From positions 141,552-205,551 of the forward strand of contig NMRA01000686.1 in the NCBI GenBank assembly GCA_002633005.1: a stretch of DNA of 64,000 bases, written 5' to 3'. The notes under the pieces were generated by a model, which saw only the letters and a list, made by a program, of their open reading frames with translations, was not told where the DNA came from and made no database searches. Source of the stretch: Phoronis australis. Its lineage: Eukaryota; Animalia; Phoronida. This document shows, in pieces, positions 12,701 through 27,700 of this stretch (within the stretch, counting starts at the first letter, position 1; every line of letters starts with the position of its first letter). The position numbers were made by a program, and so were the translations under genes.

Positions 12701-15700
12701 AATGGAAAGTTAGAAGTCAATGTTTGTAAACAAAGTTCGACATGCGTTGCGTTTTGTAAAACTACCGATAACTAACGCAGGAAGTTATTTTAATGACACA
12801 GTTTGTAAGAATGAGCGCCTTTTTACAAATAGACTTGTACTCAATGCATTTTGTTTCAAGGGTGATAATACATGTATATGTAAAACGCAACATATTTTTG
12901 CCAAAATTGACCCCGTGTAGGGTAAACACGGCAACGAAACTGGACGGTACTATGGGAACCCAACTATGAAGTGTGAGGCAAAATCACCAGAATGAAATTA
13001 TGTCCACTAGAAAACATTTTTTCCAATTCGGAAACTTGATTTGAAAACCTAGCCTGTTGAAGACCAATCATTTTCATGTTCAACTAAATGATTTTGTGAA
13101 GTGCCCACTTGGGAAACCCCGTTCCAGAAGAGAGAGTCTCCGACTAGATGACGTGGATGTGGTACGAGGTCGCAGTGCGTATTCAGAGTTCGGATAGGGG
13201 GCTAAAGAAAGTTAGAAGGGGCTGCATTTAATAACATAAATGTACTAAAAATGGTGCCATTTGGCGTGGTAACCCTCAGTCCGAATCACCAACCCTTTCC
13301 CGTTCAACTTGCTAAAAACTCAGTTTTGTCTTTCTTACAATTTATTGACTCTAGATCCGCCTCTGCAGCAAATACCGAGGCAAAGCAGACAGACTTTATA
13401 TTTACACAGCTGGTCACAACAACATGTTTCGGTGTTCACAGCACATATCATCGCGATAGATGTCGATGTTGACGTAATATAGGGTGACAATATGTGTCCA
13501 GTTCAACAACGTGGCTTCTGCTTGTCGCAAAGCTCAGCACTTCCAAGTCAAATAATTCACAAATCTATGTACATGTAGTAGGCTCCACCGAATTTTCCTT
13601 ACATGATTGAGGAAACAGTCAATCCTGCATTGACCAGGTCGTCATAATTATTTGTCACTTAGAAAAATGACATTGCTCCCAGAACGATACGCAAAATCAG
13701 ATAGTGAAAATAAGACAACGGGGGCATAAACTACGCAACGCCTTAAATTCTGAAGAGTTTATGAAAAACAACGTTTTCAAGAGGTCTGTGTTGATTCTCC
13801 GACACATACATCTGTACATGTACAGTTAACATGTACATGGACATGTAGCAGCAGTATCATCAAGGTAGGAATTGTGAATGACAATGGTACTGGATACCTG
13901 TATGCCACTGCATATCATGCGTGCACCCAGGGGGGGGACTCGGGAGTTCGAACGAGCCCCTCCCCCAATTTGGCGAAGTGGGCAAAAAGGTCCGCCTCAG
14001 AAAAACAAAAACTCCGAAAAAAGAGGCAAAAGTCCATTGAAAACACGCAGACGCTCAATTTACAATTTCCAAGGTAGTACCCTCATTTTTTGTTTAGTCC
14101 TACCGATATTTTGTCGGCAAAAGGTCCGCACCGACAGAAATTCGAGCCATCCCACATTGAAGGCTGGGTGCGTGCATGCATACACAGAAAAGTGGACTTC
14201 AAACCGAGATTTCAAGTGGCGAGCTGATTTAACCGGCATCAGCTTGTACTTACGCGGGACACTGAGCTCTTTTACAACGTGGCAATTTGTCATAACGTAG
14301 GTTGGACCAACGCGGAACCCAGATCCCAATCCATATCCATCCGACCTTGCAAGTAGAACGACAGACGGGAGCGCACGTGCTAAAGACTCGTGTAAGTGCG
14401 CCAACATCACCTTCTTATTAACATCATGGAACAGTGTGGTAGAGGCTGTGGGCGGTGGAGGAGGCTGTATGAGTGGAAAGTAATCTGAAACACATACACC
14501 TAATGCATGTTACAATAGTGTACTCGACAAGGAACAAAAGTGACACTTTCAAGATTTCCATTGAAACAGGCAATTGGCTATCAACTTAAATTCCTCCTTG
14601 GAATTAATCATTTACCCGACAGCCTTGTATTCACACCCAATATGTCCAATATGCCGTCGTTTCTCCTCTTTACTTTTAGGTTGACGTCTGCTTCTCCGTC
14701 GGGGATAAATTTGCCTTCAGATTTGGTAAATTCTTCGAGTACTGCACCAAACTGCTCCTCAACCGGAGGAGCACACGCTCCTAAAGTTTGGTCGGATGCA
14801 CGTTCAGTAGCTCCTCTGGCCCCACGCAATCGAACTTCAATTGTATGCCCGTGCTTTTTTTCCAGTTTCGTTATATCTCTTTGAAGTTCCATTTGCTTCT
14901 GAAAATGACATTGGAATATCTTTTAATCCCAGTGGCTGTTCAGGATAACTTTCTAACACACTAAAAATCAACAACGAGCCATCTTGCGTCATGAAATTTT
15001 CCTTCGTAAATTTAAAGACGGGATTTTGAAGAACTGAGAGTTTGTTATCGCTTTAGATCCGGCTCAACATGCTGGTTTATATCGACGTGTCACTTTAAGC
15101 GCCGAACGTGGTCTCTTCAAACAGCATATATTCACAATTATGCAGAACGAGGTTCACATCAAAAGTTCGCCTCTTGTGCTAAGTATGCTCAAGTGGACCA
15201 TTTGACTGCAGGTGGCTCGAGATCGTATTACAGCTAGTGTGGCCTGATAATTACACCATAGTAACAAGTATATGTATATGGACCATTGTTATTTGTTGAG
15301 TACCTTAAGGATAGTTTTCGTTTTCTTGACCTCATCTTTGTCTGCATAACCGTATATACCGCAAACGTCCAGGGCTGTTTTATTTTCCTGTAAATATAGA
15401 AATGCACGAATCTATGATGGACTATTGCGAACACCAAGAGGCGAAAGGGAAAGAAAACTGGTTGTTGAATCGTATTTAACGAGACACAATAAGAACAAAA
15501 ACGACAATAGTATGTTGAACATATAGGATCTGACGAACGAAGTTTATGTTTCGAAATAATTTGAAGGTGTGCTTCACAATGACGTGGAGATAAATTTGCA
15601 ATCTTAAGTTCATCACTTGTTTACGCAGAGTCTAAGAACTTCCCCATCACTGAAATAACATGACCACAATCCGCTTTGCAAAACATTTTCTGAACTCATC

Positions 15701-18700
15701 CTTTTAGACGATCAGCCAGTTTTCTTTTGTTTTACACTTAAGTTGTATGCTTATCTGAGACCAGGATCATTATGCTCATGGGCATTAGACTGAATGTGCG
15801 CAATTTCACGTGGTTAAGAATCCGCCAGCGCGCTAAAGAAGGCGTCTAATTTTATCGGGTGTCGACAATTGAAAGGCTCGAAATCAGATAACCATGCAGG
15901 ACAAAGTTGAAATCATCTCAGACAAGTCATTGTTCTTATTTACGTGTAGGTTTCAGGAAGTTTCTTTAAGTGGTTACGAAATATAATGAGAATTGGACTT
16001 GTAAGATGGATTGGATATTTGTCACCTACAGTAGCTAGTTAAGGTGACACCTTAAGAAGCCAGCATGGGAACAGAGTTTAGACAACATCAAAAGACAAAC
16101 GAGTTCCCACGTGACCTGAGTTCCCGCCACTAGGAGTTTATACCGACACATCGGAGGAGACGCGAGGTCTCCCAGGTACTAGTCATATTGTAAATATCCA
16201 GTCTAGAACATAAGTCTGTTTCTGAGTTGCTCAAGCTCTGCATTGTATTAATAGGTAAGAAGAGAGATATCCTATTATAGATTAATCCATTTTAAAACAT
16301 CAGTCCACGGAATTACACAACCACGACACTATGTAGTCGACACGTGTATTTGAGGTGTACTATTAACTCCAAGGAACATTCACAACAAAATATGAATAAA
16401 GACATGGCTGTATAATTTCATTTGATCTTTAAACACGAAATTATTAGATCGTACATGTAACCTGCGTTGATACCGTGCGTACTTGAACGGTCGATTGCCG
16501 ACAATAACTAAAGAATACGTTACATCAAATCTTAACGAACTGTTGTTGATTTTAACACATGCGATCATCTACATGTATGGATCGTTTTATTTAACACAGG
16601 TAATTTCTAATAACTTACTGAAAATTAGACCATTTTTGTCAAAACATAGCTTTCTACGCATGGCTGATGTAACCAAAGACACTGAGAGCTTGCTCGTTTT
16701 GAAATAATCTGGTGTAGACGGCAGGCGCATACCAAAAATGTAAGTGCCACAAAAACTTTTAAGTTTTGGAAGATGAGCCTATGAAAGTTGAAATGGTATA
16801 CCGTAATTTTTAATTCAAAACACATCCGAGAAAACCATTTTGCCTGGAACTTAGAACCTATTGAATTTACGGGCTCTTCTTTTTCTGAGTTGTTGTAAGT
16901 TTGTGGGAATTTGAAGTGTACATGTACAATATTTGAGATCTACTTCGGACAAAATACTGTAAACCAATTGACCAGTCTGGTACAGGACACCAACTCTTGT
17001 CAATAAAAATATGAGCACTTCCAACATGTATCGTTGTTAACTGAGCACTCCTTGCACGGGGGAGAAAGGCAAGCAAACATTGATATTGAAACTTCAAGAC
17101 AAATGTCAAAATGTGTCTTCGGAACATCATACATTGTACTGTACGCAGGCTACCTCTGAAGTGGATTCATACAAAAAAGGTCTGATGATATTTTATGCCC
17201 TCTTATAGTAAACGCCGTTTGCGTTGGTTTTAAAATGTTCCATTTTTGTACGAGGAGCTACCTATTTTACAGTAGCATAAGGAATACCCTGATATCATAA
17301 CGTTTAGTGACCTAAGTCCAACGACAATCTTGTGAAGGAAGGTGGGTTTAATGCCGCTCTATTATCGGGGTTGGATCAAACTGGCGTGATTACTTCAGCA
17401 GGACATGAATCAGAAATGTTTAATTCCTGTGCTAGTGTGATCCACTTAAAGGTGGCTGAGACATAAGCAGGGTGTAATTCTTGTTCCACCCTACCAAAAA
17501 TGAAACTTATAAAACAAATTACTCTATGACACAAGCGATGTCCTCAACCTAATCAGGTCTTTCACTCAAATAAAATTGGTCTCAAAGTATTTCTTACAAC
17601 AGTAGGATTCTATTTCCGTTACCAAAAAGAACGCAATGACCAAAAATCAACTCAAAGAAATGACCCAGTGTTCATTGAGGTTTGCAATCTCTAAAATTGC
17701 ATTATCTGAACTGGCGCTTGTACGCATGGCGTTTGACTTAGAGAGTTCCAACCATGACCGTAAATCTCAAAAGCAATTTTATTCGTACATCTTAAGAGAT
17801 TTAATGCCTTTAGTATGCCTGTTGTAAACAAACAAGCCAAAAGTTTTATTTTTTTTTCTGTAACCGGGGTTGTACGTAACTCGTGGGAAGACCGACTCCG
17901 CCGTTGTCGTGTAGGCCAGTGCGATTTTGAGGAGTTGCGAGGAAAGTCCGCGGAGAGCCGCCCTTTTCAGAAAAGAAATGTTGGAGGCCGTACTAACAGC
18001 AACTTGACTGAGAAAGTCTCAAATTTCCGAAACACGTGAAACTTGCATAGAAATGGCATCAGTTTGAGCGGCCGCCGGTACGAGAGTGTAGAACGTCGTT
18101 AGGCACATGTTTTGACCACTCACAAAAACGACGTTACGATAAACTACTTGCCGCCTTTTAAGTGTATTTGCAATTTTATAGATAACGAACACACTGTTTC
18201 CATTCTGGGGCGAGTGAGGCCAGGCCCTCGATCCCAGGGGTCCAGACCGTTTGCTACGGCACGTAGGCTTATGCATTGTGTATAACGTGCTTATTAGATC
18301 ATTGCCGTGACCCAGGTTTACTGTGCCCTTTGTCAGTAATTTTAAGGATCTATTTCGCGAATATTGACCACCCCTTGCCTCAGTTGGTTGTGGCTTGCAT
18401 GTGTCTGCAGTATTTCTCGTGGAAGTTGGTGGAGTTCATTAAGGCCTGAAAATCGGGAAATCGACTTCACAAGTTCATTGTATGATTCTTCAAGTACTTG
18501 AGTGTGAGGTCCATAGCCTGTCTGTATAACCGTTGTCCAGTTCTCAATCAAAATCGTCCTCGTATTCTGATCTGATTTGTTCCGCCATTGAAATTGATTG
18601 TCAAGTGACCAATAGTCTTCCAACCATTACACCATTTGGCGGGAAACTTGGAAATAACTAATTTTTCTTCACAGTTATACCATTCGCGACTTTTTAGATA

Positions 18701-21700
18701 AAAAGTGCTTAATTTGTTAGATTTCGACATCCGTTTCATATTAGCTAAATAAAAACTCAAAAACTAAAAAATGCACGGTGAGATGTCTACATGTAGGTTG
18801 ATCACTGACTGAAATACACTCCCATGGAGGTAAAGAATATATACGAGACTGATTTTTACGAGAATATTGTGTCACTTGAGTTTCGTTTTGCCTAGCTAAA
18901 AAGAGCGAAACATAGCTCAAAGTTTCAAATTCGAATCTTATTAGAGCCTAATTCTTTAAATTAGATTTTCTGGGCACAGGGTGCTTTACTCAAAAAGTTG
19001 TGAATGGCAAAAATTCTTTGAATTTCGTTTGGACAAAATTTATTGATCTATAAAAATCTTCGTAACCAGCGGGCGCAACCCGTGTTCACGAATGTCCATG
19101 TCCGACTTGTTACATAAGAGAAATCAAAAATTATCATGGGTTGAAAAACATTGTCGTGCCTCTACATTTCAGCCAAGACTCCCTGCACTCTATCCACGGA
19201 CCATCAGACACAAACTCGCGGTATAACTCGTCAGACGAGCGCACCTAATCCTCACATACCCGGTAACTGTATCTCATGCAATATGACAAAACGCAATTTT
19301 TGCTGATCTAGGACAGGGTTTAGAGGATCGTAACTGGAAATTAGTGGAATAACAAAGGAACCATTTCCATCTACATGCACAAACCATGTGCGTTTTTTCT
19401 AAACCTGCACTTATTAACGGATCACTTGTAACTTATATAAACCGACCCGGTAGCTTCTCGCTAACTGAGTCAAGTTAGAACGCTAAATTATATTTTTTTG
19501 GTAAGTAAGTGATGAGCAAGTAAGAAACATTTTTTTCCTCTCTGAATAAAACCGTGTTGAAACCGTGTATACCAGGTAGACATTGTTCTTGAAATCATGC
19601 AGGCGTGTTCCTATTGTTCAATCTCGTAATTACTTACCAAGTTGCGCTGGGTAAAAAGATACCTTTCGTCATGTTATATTTCTGTTGAAGACAATCTTAT
19701 TAAATCTAAAGAGTACCTTGAATATGTGCCTTAAAGTACGTTGCTTTGTTAAAAAAATAGGCTAAAAGTCCATGAGCACAATACATTGCAAAATGTAGTT
19801 AAAGTTGTTATGTTCCAAAAGAAGCTGGACTGTGAAAACAAGCAATGTATCACTAATGGTTACTAAGAGACAACGTTCTTTCCAAGACCTGTTGAAAGGT
19901 TGTCAACATTTGCCGAGAATTGAAAAACGGGACAGCCAGATTTGAAGAACGAGGCACAATAATAAAAAGCCATAGACTTGTGTATACACCAAACCAAGCG
20001 GTGAAATAATCCCTGCAACAAACAAAACTGAATCCGAACGGAAGACCCCCGACGGTTTTTTGCTTTTAGGGAATGGGAAGTTGGAGGGTTCGGCAGAAAA
20101 TTTGGAACTTTTCATTTATCTTTGATAAAAGGAAAAATAGGACAAGACACGTGGTGGTAAGTTAAACAGGCCTTGCGTCAAAAACATTTTGAAAGCTTGC
20201 GAGACTCCGCCAAGAGCAGGTCACTTAGCAGGTACACTGGGTAAGGAAAGGTAGGCTATTACATTTTACACGCAAACATTCCATTGCTTGCATTTAATTC
20301 ATGGACATAGGTAAATGCCGTAAACACACCATAACTGCTACCCGGAAATCTAGATTGCGTTCCAATCGCAGGACTTGAATACAATGTATGTTTATTCCAA
20401 TTTCTCCAGTTAAATTTGGTGGGCCAATTGCTCACTGAACAAACAGAACATTCCGTTGAGCTGTTGATTGCAAGAAACAATGCATGTTTTCTGGGAAAAC
20501 GAAAATTTCACACTATGTCGATCTCAAGTTGACCATTTTTGCATTACCAGTATCGTGGTTTTTAACTTGGGTATTGAAGACTCAGTTCCTCATCCTACCG
20601 ATATAGTGTTTACAAGTACAACAAACCTCACCGCCACACGTACACAATCAAAACACGCACACATCGAAATCTTTAGCCTAAACAACGAGGCAAAAAATGG
20701 CATCAAACTGGCATTTTATTGCAAAAATTACCAATGACATGTAAGCGCGTTTCGGCCAATTTCAATTTTTATAGACGGCAGACACATAAAATCAATGCAA
20801 TATTTTAGGCGTAAAGATATGCCGACATAAGTTTGAAGTCTTTCAGATTGAAGTTGGCGAATTTTGGTAATTGTATTTACTATATATGTACGGGCTTGAA
20901 CGATATATAAAACAAGAGGCCAGAATGGCTCCATTCACAAGTGTATGGTGTAATAGTGATGACGTCTGGTTTCAGTTTTGCCAATTTACCATTAAAAACG
21001 GTGCGTGGTGCACACGGAACAGTATCAATATAACTGGCATGAACCAAAGCGTTTTACGATTACGAGGCCTAAAGTAAGAATAAATAAGCTGTAATAAAGC
21101 AAAATAAATTTGCACCAAAGTGATTTTAAGAGCAAGAAGTGTGCCATATTGATGAAATGGTTATGTTGAATGAATGAATCCTAAAACTCAAGGTATTATG
21201 TGACTACTGTTCACAAAAATTCCATTAAAAGAAGACGTTATTACCACAAAATCAAAAATAGGATATCTTTGAACCAAGTGAAGGACTCGAAAGTCGAAAA
21301 CGTGAGACTGTACGTTTCCTACACCTATATTCACCTTACAATCATGAACAAATCAGTCCGTTAACACATTTTCAAGAATCTAAACCCAGACCTCATATTT
21401 GCAGTGGAAAGGAAAAAAGATCATCGCTCTTTACAAGTATTGCACAGTTCTTCTTTTTCTAGGCTTTTGCACATTCAGGCTTCTGGGACTGTGAAAAAGG
21501 GGGTTGCCCTTTCGAATGGCTGGGCTTTGCCCAATTCACACAATACATACATCTAGGCATAAAAGAATTAATACTAAGCCACTGGGCTACGCCACTGTGG
21601 GAAATTGATTACTAAATATTCTTTCTGTTAGAGTAAACATGATTAAAACCTTCTTAAACGAGGTGAGAAAATTATATGTGCCCGTTGTCGACCATTTATG

Positions 21701-24700
21701 GAGAGGTTGGTATGTCTTTAGTTTGTGCCAAAATATTACAGACAAGAGGCTTTGATTTACTGAGTGTTCTAGTGAAGGTACATGCAGTGAAGAAGTGGCT
21801 CTTTGTTTGACTCCAGGCAAGAAGCAGGTCATTTTCGATGATATATTTGTTATAAATGAATAATTCCACGAACTCAATGTTCGTTTAAAACACATTTAAT
21901 GCAGTCTCAACTAAACAACGAGTAGAACACTCTTGCGATACCTTGTTGACGGTATTGACGTCGCATCCGCTTTCCCTGCACAGTAGTTTCACTACCTCTG
22001 TACGTCCACGTTCAGATGCGTTGTGCAGCGGTGTGTCACCCGACTACAGTAAGTGAACAAAAATAGATAATGTTGATCAGCATTATACAGTAGTGATGTG
22101 GGTGGGTGAACAGGTCGCCAACTTAAAGACTTTTTAAGTTCAAAACTTCACCATCACTTGTCATACTTATGAAGTGAGTGACTCAAAATGACGAGAGTAA
22201 AAACTGACCTTTAAACTCAGACATAATCTGCCCCGGAATTTTTAAAGGTCAGTCTGATTAGATGTTATCCGATTGAAAAGAGTACTATTCTAAAATATGA
22301 CATCAGGATTTTATATATAACAACAGAGTGACATTCATGCATATAGTGAGTGCTGTGGAAATACAAGAACCAAGTCACCGTGCAAGTCTCAGTGAACTGA
22401 TTGTACAGAGCGACGGTTTTTTAATTATTTAAAGTCGCGTGCACGTCACGTCACGTGCGGTGGAATGCAAGGAAAAATGTCAAAGTTTGCAACTAAATCA
22501 TAATGGTGATTTATTAATGAAATCACCGAAAGGTTCAATCTAGTCGCGCGTTGTGTGTTCAACTAAACAACCTGTGTGTCATTACTTACCAACATATCAC
22601 GTACATCTACACTGGCCTTGTGGGCCAACATCACCTTCACTGTTTCTGTATGACCACCCTCTGCTGCCATGTGCAGCGGTGTCACGCCCATCTATGTAAT
22701 ACATAATGGAGATGTGTGAATGGACGATCAACGTTTAGAGCTAATTAACATACACAGGGGAAAGTGAACTTATAAGGTGACATAATGAAACATTACTGAC
22801 CCCTCTAAGACGCTACAATACTTGTAATGATTTCAAGAACCAAGCGTTACAGATTTTAAAACGTTACAGAACATGTTACAACTCTACGCAGCTTTGGTTC
22901 TTCACCAATCAAAAGCAGACGACATATAACTTGTCATTGTTTTAGGACAATAAATTGTGAAAAATATCAACAAAATTTGTTCCTAAACAGTTTTAATCAT
23001 CGTGTGTGTAAACAACTAGTTCAACTAAACAACCTGTGTGTCATTACTTACCACATCACGTACATCTACACTGGCCTTGTTGGCCAACATCGCCTTCACT
23101 ACGTCTGTATGACCACACTCTGCTGCCCTGTGCAGCGGTGTCCGGCCCTCCTATGTAATAAATAATGGAGATGTGTGAATGGACGATCAACGTTTAGAGC
23201 TAATTAACATACACGGGGGAAAGTGAACTTGTAAGGTGACACAAATGAAACATAAGTGACCCCTCTAAGACGCTACAATACTTGTAATGATTTTAAGAAT
23301 CAAGTGTTAAAGATTTTAAAACGTTACAGAACATGTTACAACTCTACGCAGCTTTGGTTCTTCACCAATCAAAAGCAGATGACATTTAATATGATATTGT
23401 TTTAAGGACATTAAATTGTAGAAATATCAACAAAATTTGTTCCTAAACAGTTTTAGCCATCTTTATGTGAAACAACTAGTTCAACTAAACAACCTGTGTG
23501 TCATTACTTACCACATAATCACGTACATCTACACTGGCCTTGTTGGCCAACAATACCTTCACTGTGTCTGTATGACCCCACAGTGCTGCCATGTGCAGCG
23601 GTGTCCCGCCCAACTATGTAATATATAATGGAGATGTGTGAATGGAAGATCAACGTTTAGAGCTAATTAACATACAAGGGGGAAAGTGAACTTGTAAGAT
23701 GACATAAATGAAACATTACTGACCCCTCTAAGACGCTACAATACTTGTAATGATTTCAAGAAGCAAGTGTTGCAGATTTTAAAACGTTGCTGTAACAACA
23801 GAACATGTTGTAGACGTCGACTGCAAGAAATTACAGAGTTCCTCCATAACTTGACAGCGATCCCGCCATGTTGTATTTCTTCACTGGTTTAATTGCTTCG
23901 TGTTTAATATAAAGTTGTAATGTTGAATGGACGATTGTCATTAAGAATAGAAAAGTGGACGTTATTAAAGTCGCTAAATGTGTTGGTGACATGATTCAAA
24001 CTTCAGTTTCTTAAGATGATTGTGCCCCTGCAAGTTGAAAAATACATGTCAAAATATTGAGAAACAAAACGTGCATTTACAAACAAAATATTTAGTTGAA
24101 CTTCAAAGTCTACAGCTTTTGTAATAAAGATAACATTGTCTTAATTCTAATGTCGTCTCAAGTAGTTTCTATTACCTCGTCTCGCACGTCTACATCGGCC
24201 CCACCCTGCACCAGCACCCTCACCAACTCCGTCCTGCCCTCCTCCGTTGCTATGTGAAGTGCTGTCTGGCCCTGCAGAAACAATGAACAATTTATAGCAA
24301 ACTTCACAATCATTAACTTCACTGTGAATCTTAATTACTCATCATGCAAACGTTCAAATAACTCATTTCCACACAAAATTACCAAATCTACTCTATGTTT
24401 ACCTGTTAATTAACAGTCGTGGTTGGAATATATCATCGTGTCAGTGTCAATAGTAATTCTTTCAGTGTAGACATGAGATATTCCTTAAAAGTATGCAACA
24501 TTTATGAAATTACGCACACCTGGTTGTAGCTAACACGAGCTATCACTGTTATTGGAGAAAACCTGTCCTTGATATTCGCACTAATAATCACCTCTAAGAG
24601 CACAATGTCATGAGAATAAAATGTTCAATCCCATTTTTGTTTTTAGGGGCATAACCAGCTAAACAGGGGGAAAAGCAACTTGCTGGAAAATCAATTCCTT

Positions 24701-27700
24701 GATGAAAAAAGGAGGCAATAGACGACAATGCGCGGCACATGTACTTTATCGGCTATACGCGGAAGTTGCGAATATATTGGTAAAATCGTCGTACTCATGC
24801 GGTTTGCTTTTATTAGTGGGTCTACCTGAAACCAACACTTACTGGACGCATCGATTCAAAAGCATGCTTAAACTTATGAATTCTAGACTCTAACAATAGG
24901 GATATGAGACTATTTTCTTTGGCAAGAAATTATTTCTAAATTTGCGTAAGGAAGAAATGGAATAGTGGGACGAGAGAACACAATGATACAGCTTTACAAG
25001 GTCAATGTGACATCAGGATGGGATAATACTGGGACTGAAATATTAAATAGTTTCAGGAAAAAACGGTTGGAGTGTATTGTTGATTAGGAACCACAGGCAC
25101 GGGGAAACATGTTCAAGAGGTCAACACGACAACAGCATCGAACAAAATGCCAAATGGCAAAATCACTTCGCCAAAATGTGCTGGCAAAGACTAAACCCTT
25201 GTATAAATTTTGAACACGTTGAAACACATGTTACCAAAACCTTTTTCCGATGTGTAAAATCAATTACGCGAATGTTACCATTCCAACGCACATCCAAACA
25301 GTTATAAAATTATTCTCTTGTGCAGACTTCAAACGACGACGTCCAGACAGGCGAAGAGTTGCCTTCAAAATGCAGCACTTAGTCAGACAGTTTTCACGTG
25401 TACACGCGATAAATTGATACAACAGCCTCTTGCTGGGTAGGAACAGGAGAAGAATTGCTTTTAAAATGTAGCACTTTGCCTGCCAGTTTTCACGTGTATA
25501 CGCGATGAAATGATACACTTGCCTTATCTTGATTATATTTAAAGGAACATTTCCTGATGATAGGGAAGTGATTAAAGATACAATGCAGCATGACCAATCT
25601 CAAGAAAAATGATCGCAGTTTGAACTTTTGATAGTCGTGTTGATCCCATTTTCAACACAGACGTTCTGAAAGATGCGTTAGCGCAATTATACCTCGTTAC
25701 TGACAGTTTTAGACAATCAGCTTGTTCAACACTTCGTTTAAACAGATGGTGCGATAGGTTTAAGTGATATCAGAAATATGCGGTGCCAAGTAATTTCATT
25801 TGTAACGGTATGATCTCGACAGCTTTTACTGATGGCAAGCAACAAACGTGTACGGAAAATTAAACGTCAGCCTCAATTTGATGTTCTGTCACTAGACTAA
25901 ACTAGCCGACTGATCTTGAACCCCACTTCGACACAAACAGATAAAAGAATTTACAATTTGTACACATTAGGACGAGTAATATAAAAGGGAAATGAAAAAT
26001 ACCTTACTGAATAATAGCATTGGCCCCTTAAAGAATAGAAATATTATGCTGTACCTTAAGCCATTTATCGTTTAAAAACTAAATAAATAAAATCTTTAAA
26101 ACGTCATTGGTTTTTAAAAAATCACCGCCGTGGTAACAATGAGTTGCGCTTACGTCGGTCCATCTACATGTAATTATAGAAGAAAATTTGGAAATCAATC
26201 AGTAGACATTTATTTGTACGTGAACACTGTACTTCACGTGACTAAAATGTTCAAAATGAGATGGGTGGACTTTTGTGTGAAAAATGGCCCCTGATGAGAA
26301 TGAAGCACTCATTGTGTCCATTCTAATAGGTTTGAGAAGCTTATCTTGGGTTGGCAATATAAGAGTGACGTTTACAGTAGTGCATTGATTTTATTTATTT
26401 ATTTATTTATTATTGTGATATTTACATGTAAAATGAGGGTGGCCTCTTCAGTGATAGCACTGCTTTCCAAGAGGGCCCTCAACAAGAAAAACAGTAATAT
26501 AATACAATGAAGTAATAAAACAACAATGAAATATACGTAACAAAGATACAATTAAAACAGGTAGAGAATTAAGACAATAACTAAATGACAAATAATGGTA
26601 AAAATTAACTAAGACAGATGAAATATATTAGAGATGATTCTAGACAGTGAGAGTATTTACGACAAGGAAAAAATGACATGATTAAGACAGGCAGGGTATA
26701 AAAGGTCAAGTAAATTACAGCCACTTTTAATATTTACTTTAAAGGTAGTAATTGAATTGGCCCGTTTAATTTCTGGGCTAAAAGAATTCCACATTACAGC
26801 AGCTGCATAGATAAAAGACCTCTTGCCCGTCTCGGGTTTAATTTTTTTAGAAGAAACATTGCCAGAGATATACTGAAGCCAAGCCATTGATACATCTGTA
26901 CATACAACAGGCAGAGAGATATTTATTTCTTTGATTTACTTTCATAAATCCCAGCTTGGAATACAAGTCGTCAACCCTGGTGTCCCCAATTCTAGTACCC
27001 AGGATAGCCCTGGCGGCTCTATCTTGGATTACTTGGACTTTGTTTACAAGTGTGTCACTAGTGTGCCCCCAAACCGGTAAACAATAATCAATATGAGGCT
27101 GAATAATAGAATGGTAAAGTGTCTTAAGAGTACTGACATTAAGAAATTTGTCTAGACGTTTAAGTACACCGATTTTCTTTGATAATTTCTTTGTGATATG
27201 ATCTATGTGCATATTAAATTTAAGATTGGGATCTAAAGTAAGGCCCAAGTACTTAAAGTTGTCAACATTCTCGATGGGAGAACCGTTGATAGAAAGGGAT
27301 AGTTTTAAAGAACAAGATTACGTCGCCATTGGTACCAATTCCCAAACACGACTGATTCCTGTAACTTACAGTTCACTCGTAGTGGTTAATTGGATAACCA
27401 ACTCTCATCGATTGTACCTCTGTGAACATCTAAAATATGTCTTAGGTAAGACCGGCCGCATGGCCATGACTAAAATCTTCCTAATTTACTAACAAGGTTA
27501 CGTCGTTCCTGTAAACTGACGTCTAATAGAGACGTTTTGAAAAGCGACGTGAACGTGAACTATCACGCAATTTCTGTATAATACCGAGTCATACATGCCA
27601 CTGTTGGATGTGGCACAATCCCGGTAGTGTCCGAGTATTTTACGCGAATACGGAGAGATTCGCGTCGTTTTCATCGCGAAACCTGGTCACATTTTTTAAT

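Larger units (their letters stand above)
22557..23810. repeat. Tandem array of ~2.7 units of ~461 bp, each holding one ankyrin exon plus intron
   Basis: gttcaactaaacaacctgtgtgtcattacttacc starts at 22557, 23019 and 23479. Intron segments are nearly identical between units. Confidence 0.97.

Noticed and set aside
16039-16055. TTAAGGTG-A-CACCTTAA mini inverted repeat (possible TTAA-transposon remnant)
   Set aside because: Too short to distinguish from chance.
16619-16708. Possible 90-nt exon with cag acceptor and gtaagt donor in intron 7
   Set aside because: Open only in phase 1-1, with a stop in the phase-0 frame required by its neighbours, and no ankyrin similarity.
18342-18623. 93-aa minus ORF with GLNELHQL, superficially ankyrin-like
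   Set aside because: No ankyrin consensus beyond that word and no compatible phase-0 splice pair.
22977-23628. Repeated plus-strand ORFs MFLNSF...
   Set aside because: Antisense shadows of the minus-strand ankyrin exon array.
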